Source: an uncultured Acidobacteriota bacterium (GTDB lineage: Bacteria > Acidobacteriota > Thermoanaerobaculia > Multivoradales > JAHEKO01). From it: DNA of 64,000 bases. Within the stretch, counting starts at the first letter, position 1. Each line of letters opens with the position of its first letter. Below, piece by piece: positions 48,960 through 59,774 of this stretch. The notes under the pieces are model-generated. The model saw nothing but the letters and a program-made list of their open reading frames with translations. It made no database searches and was not told the DNA's origin. The translations under genes were made by a program, and so were the position numbers. The stretch is taken from contig CAVQNG010000025.1 of the NCBI GenBank assembly GCA_963713825.1, positions 512,001-576,000 of the forward strand, written 5' to 3'.

Positions 48960-49772
48960 TTGGTAGACATCAAGATGAGGGATCTGCTGGAGGCTGGAGT
49001 CCACTTTGGGCACCAGACTCGGCGATGGAATCCGAAGATGAAGCGCTATATCTTCGGCAAGCGCAATGGGATCTACATCATCGATCTGCAGCGGACCCTG
49101 GTGCTGTTTCGGCAGGCCGCAGAGTTCGCAAGTGGCTTGGGGCGGCAGGGACGGCGCTTGCTGTTCGTCGGCACCAAGCGGCAGGCGCAAGATGTGATCG
49201 AAGAAGAATCCCGGCGCTGTGGACAGTTCTACATGACACACCGCTGGCTGGGTGGAACGCTGACCAACTTCGTCACGATCCGCGCTTCCGTCGAGCGTCT
49301 GAAGGACATCGAGGCGCGATTGACCGATGAGAGCAGCCCGCTCACCAAGAAGGAGAAGCTGCGCCTCAATCGTGACCGCGAGAAGATGACCCGCAATCTG
49401 GAAGGGATTCGGGACATGACCTCGCTGCCGGATGCGGTCTTCATCGTCGATCCGAAGAAAGAGCACATTGCTGTCGCCGAAGCCAACAAGCTCGGCATTC
49501 CGGTCATCGCCATTGTCGACACCAATTGTGATCCGGAGGAGGTCGACTACTCGATTCCCGGCAATGACGACGCGATCCGATCGATCCGACTCTTCGCGTC
49601 GAAGATCGCGGATGCCTACCTGGAAGGCTCATCGGAGCTCGAGCAACAGATCGAGATCGAAGCCAAGGATGCAGGCGAGGTCGAAGAGGTCAAGCCAACT
49701 GAGGACAAAGAGGCGGCTGCACCGGGGGCGGAGGAGAAAGCCTCCGTCGAGAGCGCTGCGCCGGCCCAGTAG
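48960..49772 (+). CDS. rpsB: 30S ribosomal protein S2
   Basis: [25 protein letters not shown]. Confidence 0.97.
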   Translation: MVDIKMRDLLEAGVHFGHQTRRWNPKMKRYIFGKRNGIYIIDLQRTLVLFRQAAEFASGLGRQGRRLLFVGTKRQAQDVIEEESRRCGQFYMTHRWLGGTLTNFVTIRASVERLKDIEARLTDESSPLTKKEKLRLNRDREKMTRNLEGIRDMTSLPDAVFIVDPKKEHIAVAEANKLGIPVIAIVDTNCDPEEVDYSIPGNDDAIRSIRLFASKIADAYLEGSSELEQQIEIEAKDAGEVEEVKPTEDKEAAAPGAEEKASVESAAPAQ

Positions 49773-49993
49773 GCGACCCTGCGAGGGTGCAGCTGTCCGC
49801 GCGGCTGCCAATCGATAAACGAGGTTCAGTTCCCGGTGCCGAGATCGGCGCCGGAGTGTTTCAACACACAGAAAGCCAAAGGATGCCGTGCCGCGAGGTG
49901 GAACGCTGCCGGCCCATGGGCGGAACTTAAAAGACTCTAGCCGGACCCTGCTTCGTGCTGGGCTGTAGAGATGTCAGAAAGAGGGATTCGACG

Positions 49994-50644
49994 ATGCAAG
50001 TAACGCCACAGTTGGTCAAGGAATTGCGCGAGCGTACAGGTGCGGGAATGATGGACTGCAAGCGGGCGCTGGTCGACACGGAAGGTGATGTCGAGAAAGC
50101 GATCGACCTGCTTCGCAAACAGGGAATGGCGACGGCGGCCAAGAAGGCTGGCAGGGTTGCAGCCGAAGGGATCGTCGGCTCCTATATTCATGCCGGAGGG
50201 AGAATCGGTGTCTTGCTCGAGGTCAACTGCGAAACCGACTTCGTGGCCCGAACCGATGACTTCCAGGCCCTGGTGAAGGACCTGGCGATGCACATCGCTG
50301 CCGCGGACCCACGAGTTATCGGTCGCGACGAGGTGACGGACGACATTCTCGACAGCGAACGTGCCATCTATCGTGAGCAGGCAATCGAGTCGGGCAAGCC
50401 CGAGAACGTCGTGGATCGCATCGTCGAGGGTAAGATTGAGAAGTTCTATTCCGAGTCGGTGCTCATGGAGCAAGCCTTCATCAAGAATCCGGACGTCACC
50501 GTTGAGGAGATGGTAACGGCGGTGGTCGCCAAGCTGGGTGAGAACATTCAGGTTCGCAGGTTCGCCCGCTTCAAGGTTGGCGAAGGTGTCGAGAAGCCGG
50601 CCGTCGATTTCGCGGCAGAGATCAAGGCCCAGGTCGCAGGTTGA
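49994..50644 (+). CDS. tsf: Elongation factor Ts (short form)
   Basis: LRERTGAGMMDCK, NCETDFV. Confidence 0.97.
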   Translation: MQVTPQLVKELRERTGAGMMDCKRALVDTEGDVEKAIDLLRKQGMATAAKKAGRVAAEGIVGSYIHAGGRIGVLLEVNCETDFVARTDDFQALVKDLAMHIAAADPRVIGRDEVTDDILDSERAIYREQAIESGKPENVVDRIVEGKIEKFYSESVLMEQAFIKNPDVTVEEMVTAVVAKLGENIQVRRFARFKVGEGVEKPAVDFAAEIKAQVAG

Positions 50645-50659
50645 GACGATTGTCGAACC

Positions 50660-51376
50660 ATGTCGGACAAACCGATATTCAAACGGGTCCTTCTGAAGCT
50701 CTCGGGTGAAGCCCTCATGGGCAGCCAGAGCTTCGGGATCGACGAGGCTATCGTCGCCCGAGTGGCGGATGAGATTCGAGATATCTGCGAGTTGGGCGTC
50801 GAGCTGGCAGTGGTCGTTGGCGGCGGCAACATCATTCGTGGTGTGACTGCCAGCGGTCGCGGTCTGGATCGAGTAACCGGTGACAACATGGGGATGCTCG
50901 CGACCGTCATCAATGCCCTGGCACTGCAGGACGCATTGGAGAAGCGCGACGTCACAACCCGTGTGCAAACGGCCATCGAGATCCGGGATGTGGCGGAGCC
51001 GTTCATTCGGCGTCGCGCCATTCGCCATCTGGAGAAGGGGAGGGTCGTCATCTTCGCAGGTGGCACTGGCAACCCCTACTTCACCACCGATAGTGCCGCC
51101 GGGCTGCGCGCCAACGAGATCCACGCGGAGGTCCTTCTGAAGGGCACCAACGTGGATGGTGTCTACACCGCGGATCCTGCCAAGGACAGCACCGCCGAGC
51201 TGCTGCGTGAAATCAGCTATCAGCAGGTATTGGAGAAGAACCTCCGGGTCATGGACACGGCTGCCATCAGCCTGTGTCGTGACAACGACATTCCGATCAT
51301 TGTTTTCCGATTGATGGAACCGGGAAACCTGAGACGAGTGGTGTGCGGGGAAGCAGTGGGGTCGGTTGTCCGATAG
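50660..51376 (+). CDS. pyrH: UMP kinase
   Basis: [18 protein letters not shown]. Confidence 0.97.
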   Translation: MSDKPIFKRVLLKLSGEALMGSQSFGIDEAIVARVADEIRDICELGVELAVVVGGGNIIRGVTASGRGLDRVTGDNMGMLATVINALALQDALEKRDVTTRVQTAIEIRDVAEPFIRRRAIRHLEKGRVVIFAGGTGNPYFTTDSAAGLRANEIHAEVLLKGTNVDGVYTADPAKDSTAELLREISYQQVLEKNLRVMDTAAISLCRDNDIPIIVFRLMEPGNLRRVVCGEAVGSVVR

Positions 51377-51474
51377 AAGTTGGGTTTTGGGTGCAAGGCC
51401 GGATGCTGGCACAATAGGAAGAGTCGAACGTAGCGATTCGCAAAGAGGCTCGGACTGGCAATCGAGGAGGCAAT

Positions 51475-52029
51475 ATGAAAGAGCTGTTTCTTGAGATCGA
51501 GGTCAAGATGAAGGAAGCCTTGGACCACTTTCATGAGGAATTGAAGCACCTCCGAACCGGACGCGCCTCGTTGGCCATGCTCGACGGAGTATCGGTGGAC
51601 TACTACGGCACGCCGACTCCCATGAATCAGGTGGCCAAGCTCTCAGTACCAGAGGCCACGCTGATCCTGGCGCAGCCTTACGACTCTTCGCTCATTCCCC
51701 TCATCGAGAAGGCCGTCATGCAGGCCAACCTCGGATTGAATCCTTCCAGCGACGGCAAGGTCGTGAGGATTCCCGTCCCGCCGCTCACCGAAGAACGCCG
51801 CAAAGAGATCGTCAAGCGAGCCCACGACCTGGCCGAGACCGCCCGTAACGCGGTGCGGCACGCCCGTCGGGAGGGCAACGACAGGCTCAAGGTCATGGAG
51901 AAGGACAAAGAGATCGGGCAGGACGATGAGCATCGCGGCATGGACGAGCATCAGAGGCTCCACGACCACTACATCGGTGAGATCAATGCGACTCTCGAGC
52001 ACAAGGAGGAGGACCTCCTTACGGTCTGA
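51475..52029 (+). CDS. frr: Ribosome recycling factor
   Basis: RTGRA, PPLTEERR. Confidence 0.96.
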   Translation: MKELFLEIEVKMKEALDHFHEELKHLRTGRASLAMLDGVSVDYYGTPTPMNQVAKLSVPEATLILAQPYDSSLIPLIEKAVMQANLGLNPSSDGKVVRIPVPPLTEERRKEIVKRAHDLAETARNAVRHARREGNDRLKVMEKDKEIGQDDEHRGMDEHQRLHDHYIGEINATLEHKEEDLLTV

Positions 52030-52785
52030 ATGGCCGCTGAGGCGACCCGCAGATTTCTCTTGCCCCTCAGCGACCTAGCGGCCTCCACGAGTGTCTTGAT
52101 CCCCGCTGCCGGCCGGGGTGAGCGTTTCGGTGGTTCATTGCCGAAACAAATCACGCCAGTCTGTGGTCAACCTCTTCTTCGCTGGACCGTGCGCCGGTTC
52201 CTGGACGCCGGCCTGACCTCCATCACGGTGGCTGTGCCGCAGGAACTGCTTAGCGAAGCCCCTGTCAGGGTGCTGGACGATTCCAGGGTCAGATGGGTCG
52301 CGGGCGGAGGCTCGCGCCAGGAGTCCGTGCGGGCCTGTCTCGACTCGACTCCGGGAGGCGACGATGATCTCGTGATCGTTCACGACGGAGCGCGTCCCGT
52401 CTTGAAATCAGAGGATCTTCGAAGGGTAGTAGAGGCCGCAGCGAGCGCCGACGGCGCTGTGCTGGGCCGCATGGTCAGCGATACCCTCAAGGAAGTCGAG
52501 GACGGTTGGGTCGTTCGGACCATTCAACGGACTCGGCTGTTTCGTGCCGAGACACCGCAAGTGTTTCGGCGCTCTCTCCTCGAGCAGGCCCTCGACCGGA
52601 GTCGCCAGGACGGGTTCGTGGGTACCGACGAGGCATCAATCGTCGAGAGGCTACAGGGAGTGAGAATTCGGGCGTTGGAAGCGATCGGCCCCAACCCGAA
52701 GCTCACTGTGGCAGCGGATCTGCCTATGATCGAGACTCTCTTGTCCCGCTCCTCGGTTGCGGCGAGTCTGGATCCGGAAGGGTAG
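52030..52785 (+). CDS. ispD: 2-C-methyl-D-erythritol 4-phosphate cytidylyltransferase
   Basis: AAGRGERF, GGGSRQES, HDGARP, ETPQ. Confidence 0.93.
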   Translation: MAAEATRRFLLPLSDLAASTSVLIPAAGRGERFGGSLPKQITPVCGQPLLRWTVRRFLDAGLTSITVAVPQELLSEAPVRVLDDSRVRWVAGGGSRQESVRACLDSTPGGDDDLVIVHDGARPVLKSEDLRRVVEAAASADGAVLGRMVSDTLKEVEDGWVVRTIQRTRLFRAETPQVFRRSLLEQALDRSRQDGFVGTDEASIVERLQGVRIRALEAIGPNPKLTVAADLPMIETLLSRSSVAASLDPEG

Positions 52786-52801
52786 TCATGGGGAGTCTCG
52801 G

Positions 52802-53281
52802 ATGAGTTTTCGAATTGGCCAGGGCTACGACGTTCATCGACTGATCGAGGGCCGGCCCCTGGTCTTGGGCGGCGAGGTGATCCCGTTCGATCGGGGTCTC
52901 GATGGCTTCAGTGACGCCGACGTGCTGCTCCACGCTCTCGGAGACGCTCTGCTGGGTGCTGCCGGCCTGGGGGATCTCGGCAGACACTTTCCACCCGGCG
53001 ATGCCAAGTGGAAGGACGCAGACAGCTGCGACCTTCTCCGCGAGATCCTGTTTCAGGTGGGGGACGCAGGCTATCGCGTCGTGAACTGCGATCTGACACT
53101 GATCGCCGAAGCTCCCAAGCTGGCGCCGTATTCGAGCTCGATTCGACGTCGATTGGCGGACCTGATGGAGATGGAAGTCGACGCCGTCGGACTCAAGGCG
53201 ACGACCAATGAGAAGTTGGGCTGGATTGGCCGCGGCGAAGGGATGGCGGCCATGGCTGTCGTCCTGCTGCAGGGAAAGTAG
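52802..53281 (+). CDS. ispF: 2-C-methyl-D-erythritol 2,4-cyclodiphosphate synthase
   Basis: GYDVH, SDADVLLHA, KATT.E.LG. Confidence 0.95.
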   Translation: MSFRIGQGYDVHRLIEGRPLVLGGEVIPFDRGLDGFSDADVLLHALGDALLGAAGLGDLGRHFPPGDAKWKDADSCDLLREILFQVGDAGYRVVNCDLTLIAEAPKLAPYSSSIRRRLADLMEMEVDAVGLKATTNEKLGWIGRGEGMAAMAVVLLQGK

Positions 53282-53284
53282 CAG

Positions 53285-54022
53285 ATGAGCGAGTCGCCGA
53301 ATCTGGTCTTCGGGTTTCACCCTGTCAGGGAGGCCTTGCGCCACAACCCCCATCGGGTCCGCAAGGTCCTGGTGAGCAAAGGGCCTGCGAACCGCCGCCG
53401 TCGGGATATCGAAGATCTCTGCACGAAGTACTCGGTGAAGGTAGAGCAGGTGGCCGAGGGAGATCTGTCCCGAAGGGTGCCAGGAGTTCACAACGGCTTC
53501 GCTGCCGAGCTCGCGGCGGCCACCGCCACCGACCTGGAATCGACTCGCGACAGCGACCTCGTAGTGCTGCTCGAGGATGTCCAGGATCCGCGCAATCTGG
53601 GCGCCATCCTGCGGGTGTGCGAGGGGGCAGGGGTCGGCAGGGTCCAGGTCCGGGATCGGGGCTCAGCGCCCTTGTCGCCGACCGTCGTCAAGGCTTCGGC
53701 CGGAGCCAGCGAGTGGCTCGATGTGGAGCGCATAACCAACACGGCGGCCGAGATCAGCCGCTTCAAAGAAGCGGGATACTGGGTCTACGGAGCCGCTGCC
53801 GAAGGACGCCCAGCGTGGGAGATCGATCTTAAGGGTAAGGTCGTGCTCTGCTTCGGAGGCGAAGCGAATGGCCTGCGATCCCGAACGCGTGAGCTCTGTG
53901 ACGAGTTGGTGGCCCTGCCGATGCGCGGTCGGGTCGAATCCTTGAACGTCTCCGCAGCTGCCGCAGCCATCCTCTTTGAGGCGGTGAGGCAGCGCACCAC
54001 CGCGAAGAACGACGGGTCCTGA
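53285..54022 (+). CDS. rlmB: 23S rRNA Gm2251 methyltransferase (SPOUT)
   Basis: DPRNLGAILR, GGEANG, SLNVS. Confidence 0.92.
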   Translation: MSESPNLVFGFHPVREALRHNPHRVRKVLVSKGPANRRRRDIEDLCTKYSVKVEQVAEGDLSRRVPGVHNGFAAELAAATATDLESTRDSDLVVLLEDVQDPRNLGAILRVCEGAGVGRVQVRDRGSAPLSPTVVKASAGASEWLDVERITNTAAEISRFKEAGYWVYGAAAEGRPAWEIDLKGKVVLCFGGEANGLRSRTRELCDELVALPMRGRVESLNVSAAAAAILFEAVRQRTTAKNDGS

Positions 54023-54141
54023 CGAGCTTCGAGATCCCAAGGATGCTCGTCGATCCTGAGTTCTTGCTCGGGCGTCGGGCTGCGGCTACACTTCTGCGTT
54101 CCGACCAGGGCTGCGAGTATTCGGTGGACCGGGGTCGATAT

Positions 54142-54216
54142 GCCGGCATAGCTCAGGGGTAGAGCAGCTGTCTTGTAAACAGCAGGTCCTCGGTTCGAAT
54201 CCGGGTGCCGGCTCCA
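54142..54216 (+). tRNA. tRNA-Thr(TGT)
   Basis: Cloverleaf, anticodon loop CT-TGT-AA, CCA end. Confidence 0.95.
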
Positions 54217-54268
54217 AGTACCCTTCGCCGCCAGAGTCTTCTGAACGGTATTTCATGAGTCAGTTTGA

Positions 54269-56533
54269 ATGACCGATTCTACAAGTGACGAGTCCCTTCT
54301 TCAGAAGCTTCTGGAGCTGCGAGCGCACAGCGGATATCTGGCTCGATTGAGCGAGACGGAGGTGCGGGAGTTCGTCGGCGACCTCGAAGAGGTGGCCTGC
54401 GCGAAGGGCGACAGACTCATCGAGCTCGGCGAGACTGTCGACCGCGTTTTCATCGTTGTCCGTGGCAGCCTCGTAGCCAGCACGGTCGGCGAGGACGGTC
54501 GCGAGCTAATCGTCCGTGAAATGGCGCCAGGAGATCTCCTCGGGGTCGGCGCCCTGCTGGCCGGCGGAACCCATTCCGCGGTGGTGCGGGCAACCGCGGA
54601 CTGCAGTCTCGCGGCACTCTCCCGTCAGGGTTTCGACAAGCTTCTCGAGCGCGACTCGGAGACCTGGCTGAAGATCTCGGAGATGGTCATCGAGTGGATG
54701 CAGGAGTCGCAGCTCGCCACCTACCTGAACGAGCTCTTCGGGCCCTTCAAGGTCGACGAGCTCGATGTCCTTCGCGACCTGGAGTCTGAGGTCGAGCTCA
54801 TCACCCTGGCGGGCGGCGAGACCCTCTTTCAGCAGAGCGATCCCGGGGACTCGGCGTACATCGTGATGAGTGGGCGCGTTCGTGTGGTGATCGATCTGGC
54901 GGCCGGTGGGGAGCGCACTTTGAACGAGCTGGGCAGGGGTGAGGTGCTCGGTGAGATGGCCCTGCTGACAGGTGACAGCCGCTCGGCCACAGTCTACGCG
55001 GTGCGCGATACAGACCTGGCCCGCATATCGCGGCGGGGCTTCCACCGCCTGATCGAGAAGCGACCGGAGTCGCTGCGCAATCTGTCGCACATCATCGCCG
55101 ACCGCCTGCAACGCCACAGCCATATTCATGTACCAGGTCACAAGCGAGGATCATGCACTGGAATCGTTGCCCTGGATCCCGCTCTCGATCTCGTGCCGGT
55201 ACTCGGCCCGTTGGTCGAACACCTGCGGGTTTACGGCTCGGTCGCGGTTCTGACCAGTGACGAAGTCGATCGGGCACTCGGCGTCAGTCGGATAGCCCAA
55301 TCCTCAGACAGCGACCCGACCTACCTGCGCCTCTCTCGTTGGTTGCACGAGCGTGAGGAGAACTACCGGTTCGTTCTATACGTGGCCGATTCCACTTGGA
55401 CGGCCTGGACCGAGCGATGCGCCCGGCAATCGGATCGCTGCCTCTACTTCGCCGACGATTCGGGCGACCCGCGGACTGGAGAGATGGAGAAGCGGCTCGA
55501 GGCTCGGTGGCAGGGTGTCAGAGCCCCACAGCGTAGCCTTGTCCTGTTGCACCCACCCGATCTGGACAGACCTCGGAACACCGCCAGGTGGTTGGATTCC
55601 CGCCACGTCGAGTCCTGTTATCACTTGCGTCGGGATCACGCCGGTGACCTGGCTCGCCTGGCCCGCATCATCGGCGATCGGGCCGTCGGTCTGGTGCTCG
55701 GTGGCGGGGGAGCGCGGGGATTCGCACATCTCGGAGTCATTCGAGCGATGGAGGAGCTGGGTATCCCGATCGACATGATTGGCGGTAGCAGCATCGGTGC
55801 CCCGGTGGCCGGACCTACGGCTCAGGGACAGTCTGCCGAACAGGGGCTGGAGACGATCTCTCACCATTTTCGATCACTTCTCGATTACACCCTGCCGTTC
55901 GCTTCGCTACTGGCCGGTCGACGGATCACTGCGTCGATCGAGAAGGGCGGCGGGTCGTGGGATATCGAGGATCTGTGGATCCCCTACTACTGCGTTTCGA
56001 CCAATCTCACGACGGGCCGAACGGTGGTTCACCGGCGGGGCTCCGCGGTGCGCGCGGTTCGAGCCAGTGTCGCGATACCAGGAGTTCTGCCGCCGGTGCC
56101 GGAGGGCGACGATCTGCTGGTGGATGGTGGTGTGCTGAACAACCTGCCGATCGACGCCATGCGCGAGATCAATCCGAGCGGCCCGGTCATTGCGGTCGAC
56201 GTTCTTCCGCCCCGCGGGCCTCGAGCCAAGGGCGACTACGGGCTGAGTGTTTCGGGTTGGCGTCTCGCCCTGGGTAAGGTCCTGCCGGGACTCAAGTCTC
56301 TGCCCGTTCCGACTCTTGGGAACACCATCATGCGCTCGATGTTCGTCGGGTCGGAAGGCGCCCGCGCTGAGATGCTGCGCGAGGGCCTGGCCGACCTTTA
56401 TCTCAGCATCAATGCCTCCGGTATCGGTCTGCTCGAGTTCGATGCTGTCGAGAAGGTGGCGAAGATCGGCTATGAAGCGTCCCAGCGGCCGCTTCGGCAG
56501 TGGCTCGAGTCGGGGGGCCTCGCAGATCGCTAA
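54269..56533 (+). CDS. Tandem cNMP-binding domains + patatin-like phospholipase (NTE-like)
   Basis: Two cNMP domains (GEMALL..RSATV in the second), GGGGARG, GSSIG, DGG. Confidence 0.9.
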   Translation: MTDSTSDESLLQKLLELRAHSGYLARLSETEVREFVGDLEEVACAKGDRLIELGETVDRVFIVVRGSLVASTVGEDGRELIVREMAPGDLLGVGALLAGGTHSAVVRATADCSLAALSRQGFDKLLERDSETWLKISEMVIEWMQESQLATYLNELFGPFKVDELDVLRDLESEVELITLAGGETLFQQSDPGDSAYIVMSGRVRVVIDLAAGGERTLNELGRGEVLGEMALLTGDSRSATVYAVRDTDLARISRRGFHRLIEKRPESLRNLSHIIADRLQRHSHIHVPGHKRGSCTGIVALDPALDLVPVLGPLVEHLRVYGSVAVLTSDEVDRALGVSRIAQSSDSDPTYLRLSRWLHEREENYRFVLYVADSTWTAWTERCARQSDRCLYFADDSGDPRTGEMEKRLEARWQGVRAPQRSLVLLHPPDLDRPRNTARWLDSRHVESCYHLRRDHAGDLARLARIIGDRAVGLVLGGGGARGFAHLGVIRAMEELGIPIDMIGGSSIGAPVAGPTAQGQSAEQGLETISHHFRSLLDYTLPFASLLAGRRITASIEKGGGSWDIEDLWIPYYCVSTNLTTGRTVVHRRGSAVRAVRASVAIPGVLPPVPEGDDLLVDGGVLNNLPIDAMREINPSGPVIAVDVLPPRGPRAKGDYGLSVSGWRLALGKVLPGLKSLPVPTLGNTIMRSMFVGSEGARAEMLREGLADLYLSINASGIGLLEFDAVEKVAKIGYEASQRPLRQWLESGGLADR

Positions 56534-56758
56534 TTCGAGGACCTGGCTTTGTCGCCCGGAGCTCGGCACTTGCAGGGGACGTCGCCATCTGGCCGCAGCG
56601 AAGGTTGCGCAATTCGGATTGTCGGGTCCCTCGACCCCATTGTAAGATCTTAGGATAGGCCGCATAGATCGAGAGACTGCGCCTCGGCCATGATTTACGG
56701 GGCCGGCTGATGCAGTCTGGAATCGGCGCGGCGCGGCTAAAGTTACAGGAGATCTGTT

Positions 56759-57055
56759 ATGCCTATATTCCTGATCATCGCTATTGTTCTCGCAGCTGTC
56801 ACTGCTCTTTTCGCAATCCAGAATTCGACCGTCATCACGGTCTCTTTTTTGGGTTGGGAGTGGGATGCCTCACTAGCATTGATCCTGATTCTGACACTCG
56901 GTATTGGGATCTTGATCGGCTACCTGGCCGGTCTCCCGTCATCGTTGAAGAAGGGGAGTCAGTTGCGTCAGGTCAAGCGCGATCTGGGGGCACTGGAGGA
57001 GACCAACGTCAGCCTGTCGCCTCCACCAGAGGAGGATCGCGCAGGCGAAATCTGA
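56759..57055 (+). CDS. LapA-family (DUF1049) membrane protein
   Basis: LFAIQN...VSFLGW, second TM helix, coiled C-terminus. Confidence 0.8.
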   Translation: MPIFLIIAIVLAAVTALFAIQNSTVITVSFLGWEWDASLALILILTLGIGILIGYLAGLPSSLKKGSQLRQVKRDLGALEETNVSLSPPPEEDRAGEI

Positions 57056-57108
57056 GCAGGATTCGAGGTAAGATGAGCGACTGACCTAAACAGAAGGAGA
57101 GTTGAGCC

Positions 57109-57360
57109 ATGTGGGATCTGATTATCAGTTTGATCGTAGGCGGAGTCATCGGCTGGGCTGCCAGCTTGATTATGAAAACCAATGTGCAGATGGGAATCAT
57201 CGCCAATGTCATCGTCGGAATTGTCGGTTCGGCGTTGGGTTTCTGGCTGGCTGGAGTGCTGGGGATGGCCGCAGGCGGTGGCTTCATGCGTTGGTTGTTT
57301 GCGATCGGCGGGGCCGTGATTCTGATCGCCATCCTGAAGGCGCTGAACATCTTCAAGTAG
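57109..57360 (+). CDS. GlsB/YeaQ/YmgE-family stress membrane protein
   Basis: IGWAASLIM, NVIVGIVGS, AIGGAVIL. Confidence 0.88.
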   Translation: MWDLIISLIVGGVIGWAASLIMKTNVQMGIIANVIVGIVGSALGFWLAGVLGMAAGGGFMRWLFAIGGAVILIAILKALNIFK

Positions 57361-57617
57361 GACCAGAATCATCAACTCTCCAGCACCTGTCGCACTCGGG
57401 TGAAAGAGGTTTCGTGATTAGGGCTGGATTCCGCAGGGATTTCCATGTCGGGAGTCTCTCGATTACGCCGGCCGTCTTTTGCGACTTCACTGAAGAGCAG
57501 GACCTTTTCATCTTTGACCCCGGTATCGGAAGGTGTTTCTGAGCCGCTGGTCAATTCGAGCAGAGTCGGTAGCCAGGAGGCGGCCAGCGACTCGTCATAA
57601 TCTGAAAGGAGTAACCA

Positions 57618-57821
57618 ATGTCTGTAGCCAAAGTTACTGAGATTTCCTCATCTTCCAAGGAGAGCTTCGACGATGCGATCAAGAAGGGCATCAAGCGGGC
57701 CGACGAGACCCTGGACAAGATCCAGGGAGCGTGGGTCAATGAGATGAAGGTGAAGGTCGATGACGGCGAGATCGTCGAGTACCGTGTCAACCTGAAGGTC
57801 ACGTTCGTGCTCAAGGACTGA
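57618..57821 (+). CDS. Dodecin-family protein
   Basis: MSVAKVTEI, SFDDAI, YRVNLKVTF. Confidence 0.88.
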   Translation: MSVAKVTEISSSSKESFDDAIKKGIKRADETLDKIQGAWVNEMKVKVDDGEIVEYRVNLKVTFVLKD

Positions 57822-57825
57822 AGCC

Positions 57826-58431
57826 ATGGCCTCAGCACTCGATGAACTGATGAGTTCCCTGCAGGACTCGGGCGGTATCGGCCAGATGAGCCGGTCGACC
57901 GGTCTCGGGGAAAACGATGTCACTAAGTTGCTGAGCGGTGCTTTGCCGGCCCTGCTCGCTGGCCTATCCCGCAACGCTGCCTCGACCGACGGCGCGGTGG
58001 GCCTACTGGCCGCGCTCGACCGCGACCACGACGGCAGCATCATGGACGATGTGGCGGGCTACCTGGCGGGAGCCGGAGCTGCCGCTGCGGGTTCCGGGAT
58101 CCTTCGCCATGCCTTCGGCGAGCGTCAGGATCAGGTCGAGACCGCGCTCAGTCGGTCGTCGGGATTGGACCGCGGATCCGTCGGCCAGATGCTGGCGATG
58201 GCGGCACCGCTAGTGCTGGGATACCTTGGACGGCAGCAACGCGCTCAAGGCCTGGATGCGTCCGGATTGGCCTCCATGCTCGAGCGTGAGCAGGGTCTGA
58301 TCCAGTCGCGAGCGCCCGAGGCAGCCGGCATGCTGAATCGACTGTTGGATGCCGACCAGGATGGCAGCATCATGGACGAAGTCACCGAAATGGGTTCCAG
58401 CTTGCTCGGAGCCTTTCTCAAGCAGAGCTGA
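57826..58431 (+). CDS. DUF937-like protein with DxDxDG loops
   Basis: ALPALLAGLSRNA, LDRDHDGS, LDADQDGS. Confidence 0.8.
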   Translation: MASALDELMSSLQDSGGIGQMSRSTGLGENDVTKLLSGALPALLAGLSRNAASTDGAVGLLAALDRDHDGSIMDDVAGYLAGAGAAAAGSGILRHAFGERQDQVETALSRSSGLDRGSVGQMLAMAAPLVLGYLGRQQRAQGLDASGLASMLEREQGLIQSRAPEAAGMLNRLLDADQDGSIMDEVTEMGSSLLGAFLKQS

Positions 58432-58451
58432 CAAAGAGAGGAGATGGAGAG

Positions 58452-58772
58452 ATGACTGACGAAACGAAGAACACTTGGGACAAAGCCAAGGAGATGGCAG
58501 AGGGCGCGTACGAGAAGACCAAGGAGATGGGCGAGGAGGCCTTGGACAAGGCGGAGGAGCTGGCCGGAGAAGCCGGGAAGATGGCCAGCGATGCGGGCAA
58601 GGCGATCGCCGATACGGCCGAGGATGCCTGGGACGCCACCGCCGGTGCCGCCGACTCGGTTGCCGACAAGGCCAAAGAAGCCCTGGGAATGGCGGAGAAT
58701 GCCGCTGAAGATGTGGCTGACGACGTAGCCGATGCCGCCAAGGACGTAGCTGACGACATCAAGAAGATCTGA
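58452..58772 (+). CDS. LEA-like / general stress acidic repeat protein
   Basis: Roughly 11-residue periodic helices rich in A/D/E/K; GGAG RBS. Confidence 0.7.
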   Translation: MTDETKNTWDKAKEMAEGAYEKTKEMGEEALDKAEELAGEAGKMASDAGKAIADTAEDAWDATAGAADSVADKAKEALGMAENAAEDVADDVADAAKDVADDIKKI

Positions 58773-58785
58773 GGCCAGCTGACCA

Positions 58786-59655
58786 ATGCGTTGGACATCA
58801 TCGGGCAGAAGTCGAAACATAGAAGATCGCCGGGCCCAGAAGCCCGCCTACCGCCGGCCGGCACCGCTGGGTTGTGGAGGCATGATCTTCATCCTGGTGA
58901 TCAGCTATCTGATGGGCTGGAATCCGCTGCCACTGCTAATGATGAGCGGTGGTGGCGGTGGACAGCCGCAGCCGTCCTCGCAGGTCCAGGATGGTTCTTA
59001 CCAGGCAAACCCACAGGAAGAGGAGCTCGTCGATTTTGTTTCGTTCGTGCTCGACGACGTGCAAGCGGTTTGGGCCAAGAACTTGCCCCGTTATGGCGTT
59101 CAGTACCGTGATGCCAAGCTGGTGCTATTTCGAGACGTAGTACGGTCTGCCTGCGGCTTGGCTTCGGCAGCTACGGGACCGTTCTATTGTCCGGCCGATG
59201 AGAAGGTCTACATCGATTTGGGTTTCTATGACGAGCTGCGCCGGCGTTTCGGTGCCTCGGGCGATTTCGCTCAGGCCTACGTGCTGGCCCACGAGATCGG
59301 GCATCACGTGCAGAAGATCACTGGCGTCGAGCAGGAGGTTCGTCGAAGGCAGCGAGATCGACCTCGGATGGCGAACGACTTTTCAGTCCTGATGGAGCTG
59401 CAGGCAGACTGCCTGGCCGGCCTGTGGGGATACTCGACGGCGCGCCGCGATATTCTCGAAGCTGGGGATGTCGAGGAAGGTCTGAATGCTGCGGCAGCGA
59501 TCGGAGATGATCGCATCCAGAGAATGTCCGGGCAGTACGTGAACCCGGATGCGTTCACACACGGTTCCTCGAGGCAGAGGACAAAGTGGTTCCGACGTGG
59601 TTTGGAAACAGGCGATCTGGATGCCTGTGACACGTTCGGTGCGCCTGGATCCTAG
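58786..59655 (+). CDS. Neutral zinc metallopeptidase (YpfJ-like)
   Basis: GPFYCP, AHEIGHHVQ, ELQADC, FTHGS. Confidence 0.9.
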   Translation: MRWTSSGRSRNIEDRRAQKPAYRRPAPLGCGGMIFILVISYLMGWNPLPLLMMSGGGGGQPQPSSQVQDGSYQANPQEEELVDFVSFVLDDVQAVWAKNLPRYGVQYRDAKLVLFRDVVRSACGLASAATGPFYCPADEKVYIDLGFYDELRRRFGASGDFAQAYVLAHEIGHHVQKITGVEQEVRRRQRDRPRMANDFSVLMELQADCLAGLWGYSTARRDILEAGDVEEGLNAAAAIGDDRIQRMSGQYVNPDAFTHGSSRQRTKWFRRGLETGDLDACDTFGAPGS

Positions 59656-59774
59656 AACGACAGGCGCTCGGCAGCTTTGCGAGGACCTCGGATCCTCCTG
59701 GATTGTTTTGAAGGCTTGTTGATGAGGGGCTCGCACCCTCCTGAGACGATTGCAACGACTGAAAGGAGAAGGTA